The position numbers and the translations under genes are program-made. The notes under the pieces are model-generated. The model was given only the letters and a program-made list of their open reading frames with translations, did no database searches and was not told where the DNA came from. A stretch of 64,000 nucleotides of DNA from Alphaproteobacteria bacterium (GTDB taxonomy: Bacteria; Pseudomonadota; Alphaproteobacteria; RF32; CAG-239): NCBI GenBank assembly GCA_045221335.1, contig JBGUWS010000017.1, positions 79,737 through 143,736 of the forward strand, written 5' to 3'. Shown here piece by piece: positions 18,886 through 28,433 of this stretch; positions within the stretch are counted from its first letter, which is position 1; each line of letters begins with the position of its first letter.

Positions 18886-19896
18886 ATGTCAGAAATATCC
18901 GTTATAATGCCCGTATACAACACAAAAGAAGCATATCTACGCGAAGCAATTGAAAGTGTGTTGACGCAAACATTTAAGGATTTTGAATTTATCATCCTAA
19001 ATGACAGCCCTCAAGATCAAAATCTGCGTCGCATCATTGCGGGCTACAGTGATTGCCGGATTAAGTATAAAGAAAATTCGGCCAATTTGGGTATTCCACA
19101 GAGTTATAATCGTTTATTGGATATGGCAGAAGGCAAATATATTGCTGTGATGAACCATGATGATATCGCTCAAAAAAATCGTTTAGCCACCCAATACAAA
19201 TACATGGAAGCACATCCTGAAGTCGGTATTTTGGGTTCGGCTTACAAGAAATTTGGAGAAATTAATCGTTTTAAGGTTATCAAAAATCCGGAAAAACATG
19301 AAGATATCTGTGCGTTGTTGCTGTTTAAATCCTCCGTACATCATCCGACCATGATGTTTCGCCGCTCTCTTATTGAGGAGCACAAGATTCGCTATAATGA
19401 AAACTTTATTTCCTTAAATGATCGACAATTGTGCTATGAATTCAGCAAATACAGCAAGCTTGCCAATCTTCCAGATATGCTGTATAGATACCGCTTTCAT
19501 CAGGATATGACAAGTAAAACTAAAAAGAAACTGATCAGAAAAGAACGAGCCATGTTTCACAAGCTGTGGTTTGCCTACAATAATATCGAGCTAACGCAAG
19601 AAGAGGTTGATATATTTGATAACTATACCACGTACGGTCGGCAAAAGATAAAAGACAGACATACTTTAGAAGTTATTTGTCATACTTTAGAAAAAATATC
19701 GGACATAAATTACCAACGCAATTTCTTAGATCAGAGAGCTTTCACCAAAATTTGCGGTACATATTTTACCAAAAGATGCTTAAATGCCTTATGTAACGGG
19801 CAACTAAATATTTCATCGCTGGTTAATCAAACACCGTTACCCGTAAATAAACCATTGTTGAGGTCGCTAAATTTGCTGTTTGGATGGAGAAAATAA
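18886..19896 (+). CDS. Glycosyltransferase family 2
   Basis: ISVIMPVYN, ILND, MNHDD, HPTMMFR. Confidence 0.9.
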   Translation: MSEISVIMPVYNTKEAYLREAIESVLTQTFKDFEFIILNDSPQDQNLRRIIAGYSDCRIKYKENSANLGIPQSYNRLLDMAEGKYIAVMNHDDIAQKNRLATQYKYMEAHPEVGILGSAYKKFGEINRFKVIKNPEKHEDICALLLFKSSVHHPTMMFRRSLIEEHKIRYNENFISLNDRQLCYEFSKYSKLANLPDMLYRYRFHQDMTSKTKKKLIRKERAMFHKLWFAYNNIELTQEEVDIFDNYTTYGRQKIKDRHTLEVICHTLEKISDINYQRNFLDQRAFTKICGTYFTKRCLNALCNGQLNISSLVNQTPLPVNKPLLRSLNLLFGWRK

Positions 19897-19897
19897 G

Positions 19898-20731
19898 ATG
19901 AAAAAACTGGCGGTTCATCTTCATTTATACTACACCGAACAATTACCGCAGATACTAAAATATCTGCGAAATTTAACTAAAATAGAGCATGATTTGTTTG
20001 TAACAATCGTTAATGATGATCAAAATGTTATCACACAACTAAAGGCTTTCAATCCTCAAGCAAAAATCTGGGTGGTAGAAAATCGTGGTTATGACATCGG
20101 TCCTTTTATAGATTTTTTACACCATATCAATTTAGCCGATTATGAGTATATCTTAAAACTGCATACCAAAGGCAAAAAGAGCAAAAATCACACCTGGCTT
20201 AACGGTCATCGGATGGATAATGCCCTTTGGGGAAAGATTCTTTGGCAAAGCATGTTAGCAACGCCGGAGGAAATTGAACAGAATTTTCAGATTTTAGATA
20301 CAAATAACAAAGTAAACATGTTAGGTTCCAGATATTGTATCACCAAGGCTCATAAAGATTATGATAAGCTTTTACCGCAGATTAACGAAGAACTGTCAAA
20401 AATGGGGCTTTCCAAGGTAAGCGAACTTTCTTTTATTGCAGGATCAACCTTTTTAACAAGAGCCAAGTGCCTATCACCGCTTCTAAATTACACATTATCA
20501 GATTTTGCATTAACGGATGGTAATATTAAAGAAGGGACATTAGCCCATGTTTTAGAAAGGGTTTTCGGCGTACTTGGAAAAGATATTTATCCCATAGCGC
20601 ATGGAGATTATACGCTGAGTTTTATCTGGGTGGCGCTTAAGCGCTTTCTTTATCAGAAGAAGGTAACCAATAATGGTAAATGCATTATAAAAATCTGCAA
20701 ACTACCGCTTTACGCAAAAGAGGGGCGCTAA
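19898..20731 (+). CDS. Rhamnan synthesis F (RgpF)-like protein
   Basis: AVHLHLYY, NRGYDIGPF, KLHTK, LAHVLER. Confidence 0.85.
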   Translation: MKKLAVHLHLYYTEQLPQILKYLRNLTKIEHDLFVTIVNDDQNVITQLKAFNPQAKIWVVENRGYDIGPFIDFLHHINLADYEYILKLHTKGKKSKNHTWLNGHRMDNALWGKILWQSMLATPEEIEQNFQILDTNNKVNMLGSRYCITKAHKDYDKLLPQINEELSKMGLSKVSELSFIAGSTFLTRAKCLSPLLNYTLSDFALTDGNIKEGTLAHVLERVFGVLGKDIYPIAHGDYTLSFIWVALKRFLYQKKVTNNGKCIIKICKLPLYAKEGR

Positions 20732-22560
20732 TGAATTTAAGATTGTTAAAATTTATCAGGCTTTTTCATTTGATTGATAAAGAAACATATAACAAAAAAA
20801 GGCATATCCTGCTTATAACACAATCAAGCTATTTTGATGAAAAATATTATATCAAGCAAAACCAAGGTGTTGATTTTAAAAAGATATCTCCTGCCGAGCA
20901 TTATTTAATCAAAGGTTGGAAAGAAAAAAAGGATCCTTCACCATATTTTTCCACCAAAGGTTATTTAGAGGAAAATCCGGATGTGAAAGCAATAAGAATG
21001 AATCCTTTGCTCCATTATGAAATCAGTGGCAAAAATGAAGGTCGTTACAGGCGCAAAGCACAAGAAAAATTATTCTGCTCGTACGGAATTTTTTATCATT
21101 GTTTAAGGAAGTTAGGACAATTTTTTTACCAGAAAGATATTCTATCTCATCAAAAAGCGAAAATATTTGTTCACCTACATTTGTTTTATATCAATGCATG
21201 GTGTGAGATCAAAGAATATTTGAAGAATTTATCTTGTTATCCGTATGATCTTGTAGTAACATATCCAGAAGATGTTGTAGACACAGATTTTATTTCTTTA
21301 ATAAAGCAGTTTAAATCAGATGCTAAGGTTATTCCTTGTGCCAATAAAGGGTTTGATATCGGTCCTTTTATAGCTATATTAAAAGATATCAAGTTACAAA
21401 ATTATGATATAATCTATCATATCCATTCCAAGAGTATTGCCGGTCAAAAAGGAAGAGTAGCCTACAACAAATTGTTTAAGAAAAAAAGTTGGTTTAAACA
21501 ATTATACAGTGGCTGTTTGGGCGTGTTTAATGTCCATAAAGGAATTAACATATTATTGCAAAAAAATCACTTTGGATTGATAGGGGCTGGTAACCTAGTT
21601 GTTAAGGACGATCCCAAAAGAATTGATGCAGTAAAAAAATATGCCGCACGATATGGGCTGATGATACCCAATGATTATGAATTTTTAATTGGTAGTTGCT
21701 TTGGTATCCGTTCTCATTTGCTTTCAACTATAAAAAATTTGAATTTAAGGTTAGAAGATTTTCATGATAGCCAGAGGAGTATATTCACTTTAGCACATGC
21801 GCTAGAACGTCTGTTTGCAACAGAAGTCATTAATGCCGGATATCACTTTTATAAACTTCCTGTATTGCATAACAATCACCCGCTTGCAATTTTTATCAAA
21901 AATCAAAAAGAGAAACTTTATGCTAAAAAAATCATTCACAAACTCTGTCAATACGGATTATCGGATTTAGAAATGCTTAATTTAGATATTAAATCCGGTC
22001 TTAATTGTGTGTTTTTAAAAGGAAAATACCAAAATAAGTCCGTGTTCATCAAATATGGCGGCATCGAAGAAATTGCCCAAAATGAGGCTAAGATGCAACA
22101 AAAAATGCATCAACTCATGCCTTCTCACACGCCGATATTATATCTCTGTAACCTAGATCCCGTTTTTGTTGTTATGGAGATGATAAACGGTACCAATTTA
22201 GAAGAGCTCATCAATCTAGGTATAACAGAAGAAGAGAAAAAAAATATTTTATCCGAACTTGATGATATAAAAACCAATATAGAAAAACATAATTTTGTGC
22301 ATAGGGATATACAGCCGGCAAATCTTATTTATAAGAATGACAAGCTTTATTTAATTGACTATCAGTTTATGGTTGAAAGAAATGCAAATGGTTCGTTAAA
22401 AGAACTTAATTATGTTACAAACAATCCTCGCGTGAGCAGTGCTCTTGGCGGAGCTTATCGGTTTAGTGAAACTGATTGGAATGACACGTATTCCATCAAT
22501 TTAGTTAAAGAAAAAATTGTCTCTGTTGCAATCTCAGGTCAGGAGAAAAAAGTTGCCTAG
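20731..22560 (+). CDS. RgpF-like glycosyltransferase with an N-terminal FD..Y..NPDV repeat module and a C-terminal kinase domain
   Basis: VHLHLFY, NKGFDIGPF, LAHALER; kinase motifs HRDIQPANL and LIDY; TAATG coupling to the upstream gene. Confidence 0.85.
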   Translation: MNLRLLKFIRLFHLIDKETYNKKRHILLITQSSYFDEKYYIKQNQGVDFKKISPAEHYLIKGWKEKKDPSPYFSTKGYLEENPDVKAIRMNPLLHYEISGKNEGRYRRKAQEKLFCSYGIFYHCLRKLGQFFYQKDILSHQKAKIFVHLHLFYINAWCEIKEYLKNLSCYPYDLVVTYPEDVVDTDFISLIKQFKSDAKVIPCANKGFDIGPFIAILKDIKLQNYDIIYHIHSKSIAGQKGRVAYNKLFKKKSWFKQLYSGCLGVFNVHKGINILLQKNHFGLIGAGNLVVKDDPKRIDAVKKYAARYGLMIPNDYEFLIGSCFGIRSHLLSTIKNLNLRLEDFHDSQRSIFTLAHALERLFATEVINAGYHFYKLPVLHNNHPLAIFIKNQKEKLYAKKIIHKLCQYGLSDLEMLNLDIKSGLNCVFLKGKYQNKSVFIKYGGIEEIAQNEAKMQQKMHQLMPSHTPILYLCNLDPVFVVMEMINGTNLEELINLGITEEEKKNILSELDDIKTNIEKHNFVHRDIQPANLIYKNDKLYLIDYQFMVERNANGSLKELNYVTNNPRVSSALGGAYRFSETDWNDTYSINLVKEKIVSVAISGQEKKVA

Positions 22561-23758
22561 ACCATTTTTTAGCATCATCATGCCGACATATAATCGTGCG
22601 TTTTGCATAAAAAATGCGATAGATTCGCTGTTAGCCCAAAGCTATCAGGATTTTGAACTGATAATTGTTGATGATGGCTCAACGGATGATACCAAAGATC
22701 TTATTAATAAGAGTTACGCTAAAGAGATCGCATCCAATAAAATCGTCTATCAAACAGCTGAGCATAAAGGCGCCGCCGTAGCGCGTAATATCGGCTTGGC
22801 CAAGGCTAAGGGTAAATGGATTGGTTATCTAGATACAGATAATACCATCGTCAAAGATTTTCTTAAGACCTATAAACAAGCGATAAAATTCCATCCGAGG
22901 ACCAAGATTTTCTATGCTCAAATGCACCGCATCTACCGAAATGAGGTTATCGGTCACGATTGGGATGAAAAAGAAATTTTTACAAAACCATATATTGACA
23001 TGGGAACATTTGTTCATTATAAAGGTTGTACTGAAAAGTACGGCGGCTTTGATGAAAAGCTGTCGCGCCTGATTGATTATGAACTTATTTTGCGTTTAAC
23101 TCGCTTTTATAAACCGAGGTTTATAAAAAAAGTTGTTCTTGAATATGATGATGCAGATGCTAAGTCCCGCATTACAACCACAGAAGATCGAAAACAAGCA
23201 CTGGAGTACATAAGAGCAAAGTATAGAGATTATATAATGCAAATCAAACAAAACAATCTGAAAACAGGGTCGATTAAGGAAAACAAGATGAAAAACATTG
23301 GATTAAAATTAGCACGTTTAATACATTTAATAAGCAAAGGGAAGTATAATGAAAAGCGCCAAATTGCTTTGGTGGAAGCATCCTCATTATTTGATAAAAA
23401 GTGGTATTTGGCGCAAAATCCCGATGTTAAGAAGAGAAAGATCGGGGCAGCCAAACACTATGTCAAATACGGCTATAAAGAGGGGCGCAATCCCAGTCCT
23501 TATTTTAATACCAAAGACTACCTCAAACGCTATAAAGACGTTGCCAAAGCGGGATTGAACCCACTTGTACATTATCTTATTCATGGCGCTAAAGAGGGCA
23601 GGAGCTATAAGCCGGCGGTTAAAGGTCAAGTCTTAAAAACAGCTATAAAAACCAGTTTATGGAATAAATTTTGTTACGTGTTGACCTACCCAATCCGCGT
23701 CAAAGAAGAATATGACCGCCTGAAATTAGAAATTGAAGCATTAAAGAGTTCAAAATAA
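22553..23758 (+). CDS. Glycosyltransferase family 2 fused to an FD..WY..NPDV repeat module
   Basis: TTG start after AGGAG; IIMPTYNR, VDDGSTD, LDTDN; C-terminal NPDV/HY..G..EGR repeats. Confidence 0.85.
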   Translation: MPRPFFSIIMPTYNRAFCIKNAIDSLLAQSYQDFELIIVDDGSTDDTKDLINKSYAKEIASNKIVYQTAEHKGAAVARNIGLAKAKGKWIGYLDTDNTIVKDFLKTYKQAIKFHPRTKIFYAQMHRIYRNEVIGHDWDEKEIFTKPYIDMGTFVHYKGCTEKYGGFDEKLSRLIDYELILRLTRFYKPRFIKKVVLEYDDADAKSRITTTEDRKQALEYIRAKYRDYIMQIKQNNLKTGSIKENKMKNIGLKLARLIHLISKGKYNEKRQIALVEASSLFDKKWYLAQNPDVKKRKIGAAKHYVKYGYKEGRNPSPYFNTKDYLKRYKDVAKAGLNPLVHYLIHGAKEGRSYKPAVKGQVLKTAIKTSLWNKFCYVLTYPIRVKEEYDRLKLEIEALKSSK

Positions 23759-23773
23759 AAGAGGAAGTTGATT

Positions 23774-26700
23774 ATGAAAAAACAGGTTAATAAACAAGCA
23801 AAAAAAGCATCTAAATTGGCAAAAGCCGAGAATTTAAAGAAAAAACAAACTCAATCCCCCTTTGACAGGGGGATCGACAACTCGTTGTCGAGGGGGATGA
23901 AATCTACCACCATCACGGTTAAAAATGCCGAAGGTGATCCGGATACCACTGCCGAAATCATTATTCAAAATCAAATTAATTATACCCCAAAAGTTTCCGT
24001 AATTATCCCTGTTTATAATGTAGAAGAATACTTGCGTGAATGTTTGGATAGCGTTGTCAATCAAACCTTAAAAGAAATAGAAATCATATGCGTTGATGAT
24101 GGTTCAACAGATAGCTCATTAAAAATCCTTAAAGAATATGCAGCAAGAGACAATCGCATCACTATTCTTGCACAACAAAATCTTCATGCCGGTGTCGCCC
24201 GCAATGCCGGCCTATCCCAAGCAAAAGGCGAATACCTAAGCTTCCTTGATTCAGATGATGTCTTTAATGTCCATATGTTAGAGAGAATGCATAAGAAAGC
24301 CCAAAATGATAATGCAGAAGTGGTTATTTGTAATGCTTTAAAAAATGTTAATGGAGAATTGCAAGAAGGAATTTTTATAAAAGAGAAACATCTTAAAAGA
24401 AATATTTTTTCATGTTCTGAAAAAGATGCTGCTTTATCTGTTTTTCAAGCAATATATGGATTTCCGTGGAATAAATTAATTGCTCATTCTATTGTCAATA
24501 GGCATAATTTACGTTTTTCCTCAATAGATCATCATAATGATACTTCTTTTGTAATGACAACTATTGTTGCCGCATATAAAATTTCTTACACCACTGAAAA
24601 GTATATCTATTATAGATACAGAGAAAATTCTATCTGTCATGCATCTAAAGATGTTTCTTGTATGTATAAGTCTCTTAAAGAAACATATCAGAATATTTCT
24701 AAACTAGATAATTTCAAATATGTAAAGCGCAGCTTTTTAAATTATGCTTTAGAATTTGTTATTTATTATTACCGAAAAAAATCTAATGTAGAAAAGATAG
24801 AATTACTTCCTTATATTGCCAAATTATATGAGCAGTTTGAATTCAAAAACTATCCTATCAGTTTCTTTGATAATATTCCGCAGTATAGAGAATTGAAGCA
24901 CATTGTTGATTATAAAAATAAACGTGATTTGTCAATAAAAGATATCTATATTCAAAATAGTATAAATTTTGAGCCTAAAGTCAGTGTTGTTATCCCCGTA
25001 TATAATGTTGAAGATTATTTGCGTGAATGTTTAGACAGTGTCGTTAATCAAACGTTAAAAGATATTGAAATTATTTGTATCAATGACGGCTCACCTGATA
25101 ATTCTTTGCAAATTTTAGAACAATATGCTGCAAGTGATTCCAGAATTACCATTGTCAGTCAAAAAAATAAAGGATTAGGGGCTTCACGAAATGTAGGTAG
25201 CAGTTTGGCTAACGCCCCATATGTTTTCTTTTTAGATTCAGATGATTTTATTGCGCTCGAGGCTCTTGAGAATTTGTATAATAAGATAGAACAAACGCAA
25301 GCTGAATTATGCCAGTATTTAGCCTATAGATATGATAATATTACAAAAGAAATAAATTTATTGCCCAATGCCGTTTTTGATGCTGTTCGTCAAAAGAAAG
25401 AAGTTTATAATTATAAAGCTAATCCAAAACTTATGTTTGAACAAGTTGAAGCATGGAGAAAATTATATAAAAAAGATTTTTTAATCAGAAACGGTATTAG
25501 TTTTTTTGAAAATTCTTACTTTGAAGATACACTTACGCACATTAAGTGTTTTGCGTTAGCCAAAAAAGTTTGTTTAGTTGATCAGGGATATATATATTAT
25601 CGTTACAACAGAGAGGGACAAATTACAGGCAAGAGTGAGAATACAGATAAATTTTTAGATATTTTTAATTATATCAATGGTGCTGAAGAGTTCTTAAAAA
25701 ACAAACATTGTTGGGGAGATGTAAAGAAATATTATTATACTTTTGCTGTCAGACGAATCTGTTCATATTTCGGTAGATGTAATGATGATACAAAAGTTAA
25801 ATTTGCCAAGAAAGTAATAGAATGGTGCAAAGATAAAGATTTAGCAGAATTGATAAACAGTGCTCCAGAAAAATTTGAACCATTTTATTTAATTGTAAAA
25901 AAAGATAGTTTAAAAGATAAGATTTATTCATATTTTCTTTTTCCTTATTATCTTATTTCTAACCACTTCCTGAAAAAAGAAAAAGGGAGACTTCAAGGAT
26001 ATACTGTAAAAGTTTTAAGGAGTTTACCAAATATAAAAGCTGATTACTTTATTCCAATTGGAGAAAGATGTCGAGTATCGCATCAATTAAAAGAACATAA
26101 TTTACGTAATGTTTCTTTACCTTTTGATTATTTAGCCGGTTTTTCTTTAGATCTTATTTTAGATACCATTAAAAGTGGCATAAATTTGTGGTTTGAAGAA
26201 GGCTTTGAAGATAAAATAAAGTCAACCAAAAAAGAAAGATGCATTTATGATATAAAAAATAAATTCAGATCAAAACATATATTCCCTGCTGATAGAACAG
26301 TTGAAGAATATATGCCAGAATTTAAAGAAACATTTGCCAGACGTACAAGAAGATTACGTAATATTCTAAAAACGTCAAATCACATTTGTTTTGTATGTAA
26401 TAATCGTCATAAGCCAATTGCGGACTTTGCTGTTCCGGGAAAAATTCAAGCTAACAAGAGGAATACAATTACTGATTTTATTGATTTCTTGAAGAAATTA
26501 AAAACAATGTATCCTAACAAAAAATGGACATTATTACATGTTGAACATAGTGATAGTGAGCGCGAAATACGACAATACAAAGCCGGTGAAGACATAACAG
26601 TTTATAATATCAAAACTTTTGATATAAATGAAAAAGGTGATGGTAAATCAAACGATGATGCTTGGAAAGGTAACACAAAAACATGGAATGAGATCTGCTC

Positions 26701-27259
26701 GCACCTATCATTAAATAATAACAATCCGAAATCTACAAAAAAGACTTCAGGATTCAAGCATTTTCTTTATCATAAAGTCAAGACAGATAGTTATACCAAA
26801 ACTTATATCTGCGGTATCAGAGTAAAGAAAAAGCCGGCCAATATCTATGAGTTTATTGATAAACGCTTGGCAACTCTATCTAAAAAATGGGAAGATAAAT
26901 TTGCCACTGTTGTTAAAACAGGTTCTAAAAATAAAAAAGATCTGCTTGCCAGAATAAGTACGTTAGAAAAGGAGATTGACTTAATAAAATCTAACAGTCT
27001 TTATATGATTAAATCTCTTAATAACAAAACAGCAGAAGTTCTGGGTGCGCAAAGTGTTTTAGCTGAAATGTTGCAAAACACCCAAGCAGAAGGCATAGCG
27101 GAAATATTGGATTATATGACACATCTTCCGGAACGCATGGCAGAAAATAGCACCAAGAATAAAGAGGAAATAACAGAAAAAATAATCAATATTGAAGACA
27201 GGCTTCGTTCATGCCGTACAGAGATTATCGAACGAGTAGACAACATTAAAGCAAAATGA
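23774..27259 (+). CDS. Tandem GT2-GT2 glycosyltransferase with a DUF1796 papain-like domain and C-terminal coiled coil
   Basis: Two VSV(I/V)IPVYN...FLDSDD modules; IPIGERC...SLPFDY (DUF1796-like). Confidence 0.85.
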   Translation: MKKQVNKQAKKASKLAKAENLKKKQTQSPFDRGIDNSLSRGMKSTTITVKNAEGDPDTTAEIIIQNQINYTPKVSVIIPVYNVEEYLRECLDSVVNQTLKEIEIICVDDGSTDSSLKILKEYAARDNRITILAQQNLHAGVARNAGLSQAKGEYLSFLDSDDVFNVHMLERMHKKAQNDNAEVVICNALKNVNGELQEGIFIKEKHLKRNIFSCSEKDAALSVFQAIYGFPWNKLIAHSIVNRHNLRFSSIDHHNDTSFVMTTIVAAYKISYTTEKYIYYRYRENSICHASKDVSCMYKSLKETYQNISKLDNFKYVKRSFLNYALEFVIYYYRKKSNVEKIELLPYIAKLYEQFEFKNYPISFFDNIPQYRELKHIVDYKNKRDLSIKDIYIQNSINFEPKVSVVIPVYNVEDYLRECLDSVVNQTLKDIEIICINDGSPDNSLQILEQYAASDSRITIVSQKNKGLGASRNVGSSLANAPYVFFLDSDDFIALEALENLYNKIEQTQAELCQYLAYRYDNITKEINLLPNAVFDAVRQKKEVYNYKANPKLMFEQVEAWRKLYKKDFLIRNGISFFENSYFEDTLTHIKCFALAKKVCLVDQGYIYYRYNREGQITGKSENTDKFLDIFNYINGAEEFLKNKHCWGDVKKYYYTFAVRRICSYFGRCNDDTKVKFAKKVIEWCKDKDLAELINSAPEKFEPFYLIVKKDSLKDKIYSYFLFPYYLISNHFLKKEKGRLQGYTVKVLRSLPNIKADYFIPIGERCRVSHQLKEHNLRNVSLPFDYLAGFSLDLILDTIKSGINLWFEEGFEDKIKSTKKERCIYDIKNKFRSKHIFPADRTVEEYMPEFKETFARRTRRLRNILKTSNHICFVCNNRHKPIADFAVPGKIQANKRNTITDFIDFLKKLKTMYPNKKWTLLHVEHSDSEREIRQYKAGEDITVYNIKTFDINEKGDGKSNDDAWKGNTKTWNEICSHLSLNNNNPKSTKKTSGFKHFLYHKVKTDSYTKTYICGIRVKKKPANIYEFIDKRLATLSKKWEDKFATVVKTGSKNKKDLLARISTLEKEIDLIKSNSLYMIKSLNNKTAEVLGAQSVLAEMLQNTQAEGIAEILDYMTHLPERMAENSTKNKEEITEKIINIEDRLRSCRTEIIERVDNIKAK

Positions 27260-27275
27260 TCTGGAGGGACTATCT

Positions 27276-28433
27276 ATGGTAAAAAAAGAAAACACTTCTC
27301 CGAGCCCAAAAATTTCGGTCATAATACCTGTCTATAATACCGAAAGTTACCTTAGAGAGTGTTTGGATAGTGCGCTTAATCAAACCTTAAAAGAAATCGA
27401 AGTAATTTGCACCAATGACGGATCAACGGATAATTCCCTAAAAATCCTTCAAGAATATGCCAAGAAAGATTCCCGTATTACCGTGATTGATCAAGAAAAT
27501 CAAGGTGTGAGTATCGCTCGAAATAATGCCTTAAAAATAGCCAAAGGAAAATACATTCATTTTCTTGATTCTGATGATTATCTTGATCTTAATGCTTATG
27601 AGAAGCTTTACCAAAGAGCAGAAGAATTATCTTTAGATATGCTTTCTTTTAAAGGGCAAAATTTTCAAAATGGAACCGGGGAATTTTTACCTTCACCATA
27701 CTATTCCTTTACCTATCTGCCCGAAAATTGGGATAAAGAAGTTTTTGATTATAAAGATTGCAAAGATTTTGTTCATCGCATGGCCGTGACCACACATCTG
27801 ACCTTTTATCGCCATGACTTTATTACAGAACACAACATAACATTTCCGGAGCATCTTTGTTTTGAGGATAATCTATTTTTTACCAAAGCAATCTTAAATG
27901 CTAAAAGATGTTCCATCTTGCAAGAAGTTTTGTTATATAGACGCATTCATTCGGCATCAATTACCCAAAATTGGGATGTTCATCTCGGAGATTATATTAA
28001 TATTAGTGAATTGGTCATTGATTATGTCAAAAGTTTTGATAAAACCTTAGTACCACAATATCAAACGCCTTATATCAGGAATTGCCTTAATTTCTATAAA
28101 AAATATTCCTATGAATGCCAAATCAGGTGTGCAAATGATTTGATAAAAATACTGACCAAATATAAAGAAACGAATAAGTGTATGGAGTTCTTGGATACCT
28201 GCCAAACAACATATACTCAACTACGCCAGTCTGAAGATCTTATGAAATATAAGGGAAGCGTGACAGATACATATATCAAAAATGCAGAGAAAATTTTCAA
28301 GATCATTTCCAAAGATCACTATAGAGACTTTTTGAAAAAAATAAAAGATTATGCCTTAAATTACAACGCATCGGATACCATGTTTGACTTTTATCAGGAA
28401 ATGAAACATAAAACAGGAGCAAATAAATGGTAG
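27276..28433 (+). CDS. Glycosyltransferase family 2
   Basis: ISVIIPVYN, NDGSTD, FLDSDD, FED. Confidence 0.9.
   Translation: MVKKENTSPSPKISVIIPVYNTESYLRECLDSALNQTLKEIEVICTNDGSTDNSLKILQEYAKKDSRITVIDQENQGVSIARNNALKIAKGKYIHFLDSDDYLDLNAYEKLYQRAEELSLDMLSFKGQNFQNGTGEFLPSPYYSFTYLPENWDKEVFDYKDCKDFVHRMAVTTHLTFYRHDFITEHNITFPEHLCFEDNLFFTKAILNAKRCSILQEVLLYRRIHSASITQNWDVHLGDYINISELVIDYVKSFDKTLVPQYQTPYIRNCLNFYKKYSYECQIRCANDLIKILTKYKETNKCMEFLDTCQTTYTQLRQSEDLMKYKGSVTDTYIKNAEKIFKIISKDHYRDFLKKIKDYALNYNASDTMFDFYQEMKHKTGANKW

Noticed and set aside
23985-27590. Three similar GT2 N-terminal segments as a DNA repeat or recombination cassette
   Set aside because: Similarity is mostly at protein level with many synonymous differences, i.e. 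ordinary paralogy.
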